Shown piece by piece: positions 1 to 11,147 of a DNA stretch of 41,910 nt. A program made the translations under genes and the position numbers. The notes under the pieces were generated by a model. It saw only the letters and a program-made list of their open reading frames with translations, did no database searches and had not been told where the DNA came from. Source of the stretch: Folioceros fuciformis. Taxonomy: Eukaryota. The number at the start of each line of letters is the position of its first letter. Within the stretch, counting starts at the first letter, position 1. Where the stretch lies: the NCBI GenBank assembly GCA_049999805.1, contig JBNGIO010004074.1, positions 1 through 41,910 on the forward strand, given 5' to 3'.

Positions 1-346
1 AATACTAAACCCTAAGTAACATGTCTAACCCTAGTCTAGGTAACCCAGCGACCGTGATTACTATAATAAACTATGGGGTTTAACATTACGACAACTTCCC
101 TACTCACCGGGCTCACCTAAAATAAGCAATCATCTTGCCAACCTGTGCTCATTACTGCGACTGCGGCCACACCCCGTAGTCGTAGTGTCTTCAGACCACT
201 ATGCCTGCACCCGCGATTCATCTCAGGTGTATTTTTTCACCTGGGATGTTTTATGTTGGATTATGTAATCGATTGATCTCGATCTTCCCTCTTAAATCTT
301 CCAATTGCCCGTACCAAGCTCGTTTTGCACCTTAGGAAGCCATGGC

Positions 347-490
347 TGACTTGCCCTGCTTTGTTTTTTACTTGCCATGTTCTGACCTGCCATGCTTTGC
401 CTCTAACCTCCCATGCTCGGTCTCCGCTCTCGCGCACTTAGTTTCTGACTTGCCACGCTCAGCTTACGACATGTTACGCTTAGTTTTTAC
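347..490. repeat. Degenerate ~21-bp tandem array (consensus ~TTAGTTTCTGACTTGCCATGC), about 6-7 copies
   Basis: Recurring cores ctgacttgccctgc, ttacttgccatgt, ctgacctgccatgc, ctaacctcccatgc, ctgacttgccacgc at mostly ~21-nt spacing. Confidence 0.6.
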
Positions 491-543
491 CATTTCCTTG
501 AGGGCACCTAGATTTTTGTAGTCGTTCTGTTGGTTAAAAAAAG

Positions 544-1290
544 ACCACCTGGAAAGATGAAGGGATAGAGAGGTTGATCACACTGTATCAAGAAAAGTAC
601 TTTTAAGTGAACAAAGGAAATTTGGAGGTGAAGCATGCAACAAGGGGAACACCATGCTCTTGGCCTTTCTTTGAGCAAATAAACTCTTGTTTAGACACAA
701 ATCCTAAGTTTTATGGCATTCCAGTTTCAATTGATGTGGAGATTTTTGCAATTGATGGCACTTTTGCAATTCATGAGGACCCAACCACTCTAGATTTCAT
801 CGACCTTGAGGATGAAGACCTTAACCAAGATACTACAACCTCCCTAGCTAACTTGGTGGCAGGGATATCACACCAACTCTAGTTCCATCTTTAGGGCCAT
901 CTATAGATTCTTGTGCCGGTGATGGGCGAACGACGCCAGATATTCCTCCATCACAAATAGAGAAGCTTATTGGTGTCGACATAACATAGCCAGGGCAAAG
1001 GAAAGACCAAGAAGTTATACTTCAGTGGCAAGTTAGATTTTGGGAAAGGTATGCAAGCTTTTGTTCAAAGTCATGTGCAGATTGAGGAAGCTAAGTTGCT
1101 TTATGCACGGGAGTTGGAGAGACAAAGACTTGAGTTCATGCAAAGCATGGAACATGCTAGAGTTCTTCATGACTTACAACATCAGTAGATGCAAGCCGAA
1201 GTCCAACTGAAAATAGCAAAATAGTTTGCTAGTTCTCGAGCACAAACAAAACGGATTAGGCCTACTTTAGACTCTGATGATGACAAGTGA
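544..1290 (+). pseudogene. Harbinger-associated Myb/SANT (trihelix-like) DNA-binding protein, disrupted
   Basis: Reads TTWKDEGIERLITLYQEKYF*VNKGNLEVKH..SWPFFEQINSCL (trihelix helix 1 and terminal WxFF, middle apparently deleted), then a coiled-coil ..QIEEAKLLYARELERQRLEFMQ.. with in-frame TAA/TAG. Confidence 0.6.
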
Positions 1291-1386
1291 TATTGCATAT
1301 TGTTTTTGAGTTTGTAGAGCTTTTTTTTTTTAATGTGTTATTTTAAGTGGGCAAGATGGCTTCACATACAGTGTAACAAACAATAG

Positions 1387-1503
1387 CTCTACAATTACCC
1401 TACATACAATAACTCTATAATTACCCTACATACAATAACNNNNNNNNNNAATTACCCTACATACAATAACTCTATAATTACCCTACATACAATAACTCTA
1501 TAA
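1387..1503. repeat. 26-bp tandem repeat (CTCTATAATTACCCTACATACAATAA) spanning a 10-N gap at 1440-1449
   Basis: Two copies on each side of the N run, seen directly; the true copy number is unknown. Confidence 0.9.
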
Positions 1504-1599
1504 GTGCCCTCATCAATTTCTATACAACCTATCAACGATATGTTGTGGCCCAAAACTCCAACAATGCTTGTCTTTGTTTGTTGCCCACTCACCCAAGCT

Positions 1600-2800
1600 A
1601 CTCCTCTACAACATTCTCCAAATAAAATGGGTGATGTTGCATGGGGGATAAGGATTTGGATTTTCCCACACATTAGCCACATCAGGCTCCTTGTGCATGA
1701 TGCAAAAATTATGTAGCATTATGCAAGCTATTACAATTTGCGCCACATAAGGGAGAGCCACATTTATGTCCCTTAAAATATGCTACTTGTTTTTCAAATT
1801 TTCAAATGCACTTTCAATTTTCACCCTTCCTTTGAGAAGATTTATGTTGAACCTTCACTTGTTTGATGAGTACGGTGTATCATATGGCTTCATAAGAAAA
1901 GGCATAATTAGATAAGCACTAACGCCAACAATAAAAGGTCGAACATTGGTGTTCTTAATCAATATTGTTGGCTCTGTCAATATATCATGTCGATGCAATC
2001 TTGCCCACACACTATTCTTTCGTAGCACAACAAAGTCATGAACACCTCCTAGAGCAATGCAGCTTACATCCAAAAATATTTGATTATAGTCATAAACTCT
2101 TTGAAGAATGACATTTTATGCATATCATGGTGTGACCAATAAGCAACTGGATTGTACTTGTTAGTAGGCCTAGCAGCTAATTTAATATGTGAACCATTGA
2201 TTGCACCCACCATATTTGGAATTCTTGTAATTGCAAAAAACTTATTTGCACATGCTATTTGTCTTTGGCCACTTGGCATGATAATAAACTTTGAAGCCAA
2301 CTTCCTTGGATTACTAAGGATGCTAGTAATCAGCTTGGTGTACTAATGTCACAATGGACGGTTCAACTCCATAAGTGTTAGTGACAACTTTAGCAAATGC
2401 TCCATAAGCTAGCTTGTGCAAGACCATGGCAACTCCATGCTCAAGTTGTAGAGGTGACCTGTTAGACTTTTTTTCAATGTAAGGATGTAATTCTTCCACC
2501 AAAAACTTGGAAGTTGTGTGTTCATCCAACTGTTCTTGCCCCATAAGGTGCCAAGCATGCATATGTAACGAACTCCAAGTTGTATTTTGGGTTGGAAACT
2601 TCCACTTGAATCTCGGTGAAGAATGCTGCTCAATATGCAAATCAAAGAAACAAGCTCCAACCAATGAAAGTACTAAAAAACATCCATCATTACTCATCAT
2701 AACATCATCCCATTGTGAGCTCCAAACCATAGGTAGGTCTATGCATTCTACATAAAATTTAATGAGAAAGTTAAATAACATTAGATCCATGGACAAAACA
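1600..2800 (-). pseudogene. Harbinger/HARBI1-like DDE transposase, fragmented
   Basis: Ordered motifs across several frames: VAMVLHKLAYG..YGV (HTH), IPNMVGAINGSHI (GAIDGTHI), GGVHDFVVL, IVGVSAY (LGDSAY), FMKPY-like LMKPY, FN..GRVKIESAFENLKNK*HIL, IACIMLHNFC. Confidence 0.85.
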
Positions 2801-3686
2801 AAGACAACTCTAGGACTAGTGCTAGGCACACGACACAAGAGCGGACTTGAAAGGAAAATGGCATACGAAGGAAAATGAGCACACTAGACGAGTCTATGTA
2901 TCGTCGAGAAACCGAGGAGACGTTATTTCTTTAGTAGATTATTAAGATCCTAACATCGCGGGTCATGGGACCACGGCTCGGCCACCACCCGGTCCTGGGC
3001 CTTGCTGCGCAGTACTGCATCGTATGTTTTGGTTAAAGATACCGAAAAAGACGGAATTTGCCCGTTCTTCACGGTGAGCCTAGAACGCCGGGTCCCTCTG
3101 TGAATAGCCCTTGATTCGAGAAGCAGCCAACTGGTTTCGTAGGAGTTGAGCAGGCCACCACCCGCCACTTGTCCCGTCAAGTCTTACTCGGAGCAGCTCG
3201 ACGCTTGGCTCTAGTTGGCACAGCACCTGCATCAAGGAGACCTGATCAATCCAGGACTTTGGTTTTCTACTCCATCTTTCTTGGCTGCTACACTGCCAGT
3301 TTACGTTTCTACAAGTTCGAGCGCCATTGGTCGCCTGGAACTCTTTTGAATCAGTGGCGTTCTGTCCTAGCAGCGCCGTGGCCTTGCTCAATGGCCCCGC
3401 CACGGTTTGCCGCCCACCGAGTGGCAAGACGCGGTTACTCCTGTTGCACCCAGTTTGCTCATGATAGGCCGGTGGCACAGAAAGTAAACATCGTCGTGCG
3501 GGCAGTTTTGAAAGATGACTCCTGGGCTCAGAAGGTTCCAGGGTAGCCGTCACTCGTTTACACACTTATGCAGATGTACCTTTGAATGTCCGACAGGGGT
3601 AGAACGGCCGTCCCACTGGTCGCGTCGAGACCTCGTGAGTTTCTGGACAGGTCTTTTCGAGGACGTGCTTCCGGAATTGGTCGGAC

Positions 3687-5643
3687 ATGGCGGCTGCTTT
3701 GGGTAGGAACCGGAATGGGAACAGGAATGCGGGAGAAGATGAGGATGCGATGATGGACTTCGAGACCAGCTCGGGCGTGGATGTCATCTATAGCTTTGAC
3801 CAAATGGGGATCAAAGAGGAGCTGCTGCGGGGCATATATGCTTCTGGGTTTGAAAAGCCCTCTGCCGTCCAGCAGCGGGCTGTGATTCCCGTTATCCTTG
3901 GGAGGGATGCCGTAGCGCAGGCGCAGTCCGGGACGTGAAAGACTTTTATGATTGCGCTTGCAGTTTGTCAGATGATCGAGACAACCACTCGAGAGTCAGT
4001 TTGGACGATTGGATGCCTGTCTGTGGGTTGCAGATACGGATCTGCCAGAGAATGACTTTTTAGTTTGAGTACAAATCAAGGCTAAAAGGTGTCCGTGTAG
4101 GGTGCAAGCCCTAATCCTGTCTTCAACCAGACGGAGAAGGTGATTCTGGCCATCGGTGATTATATGAAAGGTCAAGCCCATGCTTGTATTGGTGGTACAA
4201 GTATCGGGGAGCACATAAGGAAGCTGGAGTGTGGGGTGCACGCGGTTTCAGGAACACCAGGAAGGGTCTATGATATGATTAAGAGGAGAACTCTGAGAAG
4301 CAGGTCTATAAAGCTGCTTATCCTGGCATGCAAGTTTCACAGCTGATGTTTCCATATGCCTCACATATCTCGTTTCACACTTTGCTGACGTTTGTGACAC
4401 TTGCAGGATGAATCTGATGAAATGCTGAGCAGGCCTTTCAAGGACCAGATTTATGATGTGTACCGATATAGGACCTTCAGGCGTGAGTGAACCCTGGCTG
4501 GGGTTTATTCTTATTTTCCCCCGTTGTCGGAAAGGAAAACTCTGTAGACTTCAGTGTGACTTTGCTAACGGGTTGTGCGTTCCAGGTGGTGCTAGTCTCT
4601 GCTACTTTACCTCATGAAATACTGGAGATGACAAACAAATTCATGACGGATCCAGTTCGAATCCTTGTGAAGCGTGACGAGCTCTCACTTGAGGTCTGAT
4701 ACCCTTTTCTTTGGGTTTTGTCTGTACGTTTGCATCGTTGTCATCTAGAGAGGGATTCATACCTATAAGAGGGCTCAAATAAAGATGCACACTCGATATC
4801 CGTGTCCTGGATGCCCAATTATCAGGAAGGCAGATGGAGGTCAGTATGCTACTTGTGACTGAAGGAATGGGTATATTGAGGCACTGGAGCGTGAGGAATG
4901 GAAACTTGATACATTGTGTGACCTCTATGACACTCTTATCATAACATGGGCTGTTATTTTTTGCAACACAGAAAGAAAGGTTGGTTAATAACGTGGAACT
5001 CTTCTCGTTCCTTCTCAGTTGTCTCCTTGCGGTACTCATAGTTTGAGTTTGTGCATTTCAGGTCGATTGGTTGACAGAGAAGATGAGGAGCAACAGCGTC
5101 ACTGTCTCTTCCATATATGGGGATATGCCACAGAAGAACGGGATGCTATCATGGCTGAATTTCGATCAAGCAATACCCGTGTGTTAATCACCACAGATGT
5201 ATGGGCTCGTGGCCTTGATGTTCAGCAGGTCAGTTTGTGCGACTTGGTGAAGTTCATGCGTAGTTGTAATAGCCGCTGCTGTTTCTCCATTGTTTCTCGT
5301 GGCTCAACATGTTGCGTTCTTCAACTGACTCTGTTTTTGCAAAAATAGGTTTCACTTGTTATCAACTACGACCTAACAAACAATTGTGAGCTTTACATCC
5401 ATGGAATTGGGCGATCAGGTCGTTTTGGTCGCAAGGTACTGTTTAGTCTTTTTTTTGGTCAGATGTGCTGCTCTGTTGGCAAAACAGACCTGTTCAAGGG
5501 GAGGTTTGACACAAGTACTCGTGGTGTAGGGTGTTGCCATTACTTTTGTGCGGAGCAATGACGTAAGGATTCTTCGTGATATTGAGCAGTACTGCAGAAC
5601 TCAAATAGATGAGGGGCCTGTAAATGTGGCTGACCTCACCTAG
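3687..5643 (+). pseudogene. EIF4A3: eIF4A-III (exon-junction-complex DEAD-box helicase) unprocessed pseudogene
   Basis: Exons give [74 protein letters not shown] and end NVADLT* at 5641-5643. Lesions: TGA 3936-3938 in Walker A, frameshift deletions near 4130, 4470 and 5137, a lost exon start near 4885, HRIGR->HGIGR. Introns retained. Confidence 0.92.
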
Positions 5644-6084
5644 GTTGTGTCCTGGAGTAAATCTACGGAACATTCAGCTGTGAGGGACGGATGCTGTCGT
5701 GGTACCTCGTTCGGTTCCAGGACTTTGGAGAGCCACCTTTTTCGGAGCCGAGGCTTTAAGAGGCGAAGTTTGCGGCGGAATGGTACTCCAATTTTGGTCT
5801 GAAGGACGCATCCACGGAATTCATGTACATTAGTCGATCGGTTCACTGTGCTGATAAGCTTCAAGCATTTTAGCGCAGATGTTCATGGCATTTTGATCAA
5901 TCGGTTTCTGAAATTTGTATGGCTTGACATCCGGTAGGAGCTGGGCGATGTTTTCGAATGTCTTGTTTGGAGCCCTGTTGTACTCACGGTGAGAAATCTG
6001 AGCTCAGTACGAGCATGTGTGCATGCGTCACGAACATTCTCGACAGGAAAAGGTGAAGACACTGACGTGAGCCTCGTTTAACTA

Positions 6085-9000
6085 TCATTGATGATCTCCG
6101 CAGGAACACAGGCCATCCTTAAAATGATGCACTCGGTGTGCGTCCCTAACAACTATCTCCCGCTTTTCAATCTTGGAGATAATCTTCGTTCCCGTGTGAC
6201 AGTGCTCGCACATGCGGAGGTTCTTTGTGACAACTAAAGTTGAGCCTTCCGCTGTATTGAGGAGACCAAACGCCAGTGCTAGCTTCTCGGCATGTGCACA
6301 CAGGCTAACGCCCTGCGACTCATGCGACAATTGCCCTGAGGAGTGGGGCAAATTTTCAGTTTCCCGTGTCTCTGCGTTCAGTTTCTTTAGCTTGACCGAA
6401 GTATCTTCCCGCTCCTGCCCTACAATGAACGCCTGTACTGTGTTCTGTACTTCAATCAAAGCTTCTGCCGACTTTCTCGAGACTCCCGCTTTGCCTCTCA
6501 TGGTTTGTATATCCTGTACACTTTCGAACCTTCCAGCGTCACTGTATATTCTGGACATGAGAACATATGCAGCAGGTTGTTCTGGATCAACCTTAACAAT
6601 TTGCTCAAAACATCGACGGCCCCTCTCAACATCAGCATATGATTTGCAGGCACTTAGTAGCGACATCCAACCCACATTGCATGTCTCAAAGGGCATGGTT
6701 TGCAACAAGTTCTCTGCCTCATCCAAGTGTCCCGATCGACCAAGAAGATCAACCATACATGTATAGTGCTCGATTGTTGGAGCAGTACCAAGATCTTCTT
6801 CTATCATCTGGAAGTATCGCCAACCCTCATTCACAAGGCCCAGGTGACTGCACGCGACGAGAAGTGAGGTGAAAGTTGCAGCATCGGGCTCCACTCCGTG
6901 TAGTTTCATATTCTCGAAACACTCAACGGCCATTTTTTGGTCATTATGATGACCATAGCCATTGATAAGTGCGGTCCATGTCACCACATTCTTCGTCGGC
7001 AATCTCATAAACACCAGCACCGCATCCGTAGGGCTCCCACATTTCACGTACATGTCTATTAACGCACTTCCCACGCGCACATCTTCTTCGAGACCCCTTT
7101 CCAGAACCTGCATATGGACTCGCTTGCCTTTCTGGATGGCTCCTGAAAAGCCACAGGCTCTTAAAATGGACACGAAAGTACCCTCATCAGGGGTGCCATG
7201 ATCCAGTTGCATTGCCTCATAAAGATGAATTGATTCTGTACCAAGCCCATGCTGAGCGTAACCTGAAAGCATGGCATTCCATGTCACCCTATCTTTAGTC
7301 AGCAGTCTATCAAATATTCTGCGCGCATCCTCGAGGCTCCCACATTTTGCATACATGTCCACCAGAGTATTTCCGACAATCGCATCAGTTTCCAGGTCCA
7401 AGTCCAAAGCTTGGGAGTGGATCTGTCTACCCTCGTGAATCGAACCTACGCTACTGCAAGCTTTCAGAACACAGGCAAGAGTGACATTGTTCACTGGCCA
7501 TAGACCCTCCTGTTGCATCGTTGCATAAAGTTTGAGAGCTTCATGACCAATTCCAGACTGGCTGTATGCAGCGATTATACTACACCAGGCCACCACATCT
7601 CTATTTGGGAGTCTGTCAAACACCGTGCGAGCATCTTCGAGGCTGCCAGACTTACTGTACATGTCCACCAGGGCACTGCCAACTAAAGGATCTTTTTCCA
7701 GATCCCTCTCCAGGACACGTGTGTGAACGTGTTTGCCCTCCTGTAGAGCTCCTAGGAAACCACACGCTTTCAAGGCACCAAGAAAAATGACTTGGTTAAA
7801 TAGGCTGTCGTCCTGTGGTATGATGGCAAAAAGATCCAGGGCTTCCTGTGCAAGTTCATGCTGAGCATACCCCCAGATCATGGCACTCCATGTCACCACA
7901 TCTCTGGTTGGCAATCTGTCAAACAGATTGCGAGCAGTCTTCAGGCTGCCACATTTGGCATACATATCCACCAAGGAGCTTCCCAGGATGACATCAAATT
8001 CTAGTCCTGCTTTGCATATTTGAGAATGCACCCGCTTGCCCTCTAATATATCCCGCAGGCTGGCACATGCTTTCAGAATGCTCACAAAGGTCACTTTGTC
8101 TGGTGCTAAGCCATCATCTTGCATGGCAGAGTAAAGGTTAAGGGCTTCTTCACCCAACCCACATTTAGCATAGCCTTCTATCATAACACTCCATGTTATC
8201 ACATCTTTTTTTGACGACGCGTCAAAGACCTTCCGAGCTTCTGCAATGCATTCACACTTTACATACATGTCCAAGAGGGTGTTTTTGACAAAGACGTTAG
8301 ATTCAAACCCACCTTCCACGACATCTGCATGGATTACCTTGCCAGATGCCAAGTCCTTCAAATGGGAACATGCTCTAAGGACAGCGACAAAGATATAATC
8401 ATTCGGTTTTGCATCAGACTTTCGCATCTGGTGGTAAAGCTCGATAGCTTGCACACCATGTCCATGCTCACAATGCGCAGATATGATTGAAGCCCACATG
8501 AAAGCATCTGGTGCGGGCACTTTCCAAAAAACTCTCTGTGCATCCTCCAAAGATCCACAAGAAGCATACATCCGGATAACATGATTCGCAAGAAACCTGT
8601 CCAACGCGTAACCGATGTTTACTGCAAGTTCATGCACACTCCTCCCCACTTTAAGATCATGCATCGCAATGCACCCCTTCAGTAGACGGTACACCCTATC
8701 TCTGGATATGTACACCCCAAGGTGAGCCATGATGTGCGTCCCTTGAAATGCCTCGTCGACCTTGCCCTCTTCACAGAGCTTGTCCAACTGTTCAAGATCA
8801 GTTGAAACTTCCCTGAATACCAAGCTGAGCAGTTTGCAGGACAGTCAGAAAACTGTTGTTCCATGCATCCCAAAAAGCAATTTATTCTAAAAACTTTCCC
8901 GGGCACTACCTGCCAGCCTCCAGTCTGTTACGTCCCGGGGATTCATAAGGAGAGTCGAACGCTACACGTGGAACAATATCCTGGGATTGGGCTGATTTGG

Positions 9001-9575
9001 GAGACCAAACGGAGTTGGGGTAAGAATCAAGCGATCCGCGCTTCAATTTCCTGCTTTGCACCGAGTCCGGTTTTCTCTGCAAAGCTCATCTGGTCAGCGG
9101 GAGTGCGAACCAAGCGGAGCCTGCACACGAAACGCGTGGAAACCACACTGCTACCTCTGTTCTGATGACTTCCTGCGTGGTTGCCTTCCTCCAGACCACT
9201 GGATCCGAGAGAAAACATTCCCACAAAGGCGCCTGGCCTGCTGCAGCCAGTTGGGGTCATCAATTCAAAACGTGGAACTCACAAAGGCTCAGTTGAATCG
9301 AGACGACCGCACTCACCGGGGTTCTGGCGAACCAGCGATTCCGGGACAGCTGAGAGCCGCCTGTGGAATTCCGCCAAGGAGGGGCAGGATAAACAGGGGT
9401 TGCAGTTGCTGTCCCTCAGTCGGACAACGATTGCACATCGCCTCATCTGGTTGGCAGGCAAGCGTAAACATACCCATCGGGGGAAAAGCAGAGACGGTCG
9501 ACTCTCGAATTTTGGAGGTCTCAACTCATCAGGCCCCAGGGAAAGAACACGCGCCCTAACCTGGCAGCCAAGCAT
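6085..9575 (-). CDS. PLS-class PPR protein with E1/E2 and variant DYW deaminase domain (DYW:KP/DRH-like); organellar RNA editing factor
   Basis: 912-codon ORF of P-L-S triplets (TWSAMIWGYAQH / VTFVSILKAC / SLVDMYAKCGSL), E motifs, HAEKLA..CEHCH..CSCGDHQ. By-eye model: exons 9575 (or 9446)-9317, 9240-9155, 9076-8910, 8812-6085, joined by GT-AG introns of 76, 78 and 97 nt that keep the frame open. The 5' exons are less certain than the main exon. Confidence 0.9.
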
Positions 9576-11147
9576 TAACCGGCGGCTCTATGTTTGTTGT
9601 GTTCGACCCTGTGAAACACAGCGTCAAGAGCAAGATCGAATGCATCATTTGCTCGCATGAGCTGCCCGTTCTCAGAAGCGGGGCTGGCTGGGTACAGCCT
9701 GCGGACGTGCGCGTACAGGGTTCTGGGAATCAGCTCTGCTATCCTCGCCCGCATAGCGTCTACAGCAGGGGGTGGAATGCCTTCTAGAATGCTCAACACG
9801 TTTTCTTTGGTCACGCGTTCCATGGGAATGAAGACAGAGTACCCTTCGCCATCCTCCGGCAAATGAGAAACGTACTGCGTCCAAGCGGAGTTCTTGTTGA
9901 AGATAACCGGGATACAGCCGGCCAGCATAGAGTCGAAGAAAGAGCGTCGAGTAGGACTGTCTCCAGGAGGTTGAAGGCAGAACTGCGATCTGTGGAACAC
10001 AGACATAAGCAGGGACGGATTCCCGCAAGAAGCTTGCAGTGTTTTTCCCTCAAACCCTGGAAAAAGCTTGGTAACTCTCATATCTGCTCCGACATTGTCA
10101 CAGACAACATTGGTGCATCGAGGGTCGGATTCACACTGATGCATGACCTGCCTTCTCACACTGTCCCCGATTCTCTCCGGCCTTCCTTTGCCGGCAAAAC
10201 TAGCAAGTGAAGAACGCTGATATGACTGCCGCAGCCAGCGGACGAGATCTTCGATCTGCGAATCCGTAAAGGGATGGAAGTAGCTGGGATACGGCACAGC
10301 GAGCTCATTGTCGAACTGCGCCGTCTTGGATGTTGTCCTCTCAATTGTAAGCTTCACCATCTTCTGCCAGTCAGAGTGGAACATCATCTGCCAAAAATTC
10401 CACTGTCAGGCTCCTCACCATCTGCAAAACGAACGGCTCCCATCGGCAAGACAGGGTAGGCAAGCCCGCTGTTCAGCAGGCAGGAGGCACCTGATTTCCC
10501 CATGCGCTGCCGTCTGCCCGGCGGAAGTCCGATCCAATACGTCCCAGCACTAGGAAGTGGTCCAGGCCCCCGTTGCGCTGCCACGCCGGTTGTGGCTTGA
10601 GCCATTCCAGCAAATCCAGGTGGAGCTTGTTCCGGGGCAAGCGATGTGAGATCCTGCGCATGAGATCCAAGCCAGAGAAGAAGGGCACGAAAAAAGCGCT
10701 GGCTTCCTCCTCCCTTGATGTCAAACAGGGGTACACCTTCAAACGCTGGAAGAAGTAGAGTTCCAGAGAGAACTGCCAGGTCTTGAACCACACTTTGCTG
10801 TCACTCTGATTCAGAGTTGGCCCTCCGGCGTCAGCTCCAAACTGAAAGACGGGTCCCATTCCATCGTTCTCCATGTAAGGACAGAAATGATCGTTTCTGG
10901 GATCTGTCTTCCGCCTCAGGTTCTCACAGTCTGCAACCAGGTCCATATTGAAAACGGTAGAGATGTTGTAGACAAAAATCCATCTCCCTTTGCAAAAATC
11001 CGTGACAGACGGCTCCTTTGGAAATGTGAGTTCCGACGACACCAGCGCACGGCCTGAGCTTGGTGCGTATTGTTGCCACAGTACAAACAAGCTTATTCCC
11101 ATGGCAAGCACACCCACGAGAAATCTCATCTGAGCAGATGCAGCCAT
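9575..11147 (-). CDS. GT47/exostosin-family glycosyltransferase (MUR3/XLT2-like)
   Basis: Type-II TM anchor (FLVGVLAMGISLFVLW), CKGRWIFVY, TWQFSLELYF, AFFVPFFSGLD, GGLDHFLVLGRI, AVPYPSYFHP, FCLQPPGDSPTRRSFFDSMLAGCIPVIF. One GT-AG intron 10490-10388 joins the two ORFs in frame. Alternative start at 11201. Confidence 0.92.

Larger units (their letters stand above)
1..2850. mobile_element. Degenerate PIF/Harbinger-like DNA transposon remnant (Myb/trihelix gene and DDE transposase, tail-to-tail); boundaries approximate
   Basis: AT-rich block with both genes characteristic of PIF/Harbinger elements, both broken by stops/frameshifts. No TIR or TSD identified; the left end may lie outside the window. 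Confidence 0.75.

Noticed and set aside
6-35. TAAACCCTAA and TAACCCTAG as telomeric repeats
   Set aside because: Only isolated copies, no tandem array.
1387-1503. 26-bp repeats (and the 24-bp repeats at 13343-13409) as a CRISPR array
   Set aside because: Head-to-tail units with no unique spacers, no cas genes, and a eukaryotic context.
3936-3938. TGA in eIF4A-III as a stop rescued by U-to-C editing or read-through
   Set aside because: U-to-C would give CGA (Arg), not the required Gly; such editing is organellar; several frameshifts follow.
10384-10500. Apparent frameshift splitting the GT47 gene
   Set aside because: A 103-nt GT-AG intron (10490-10388) restores the frame.
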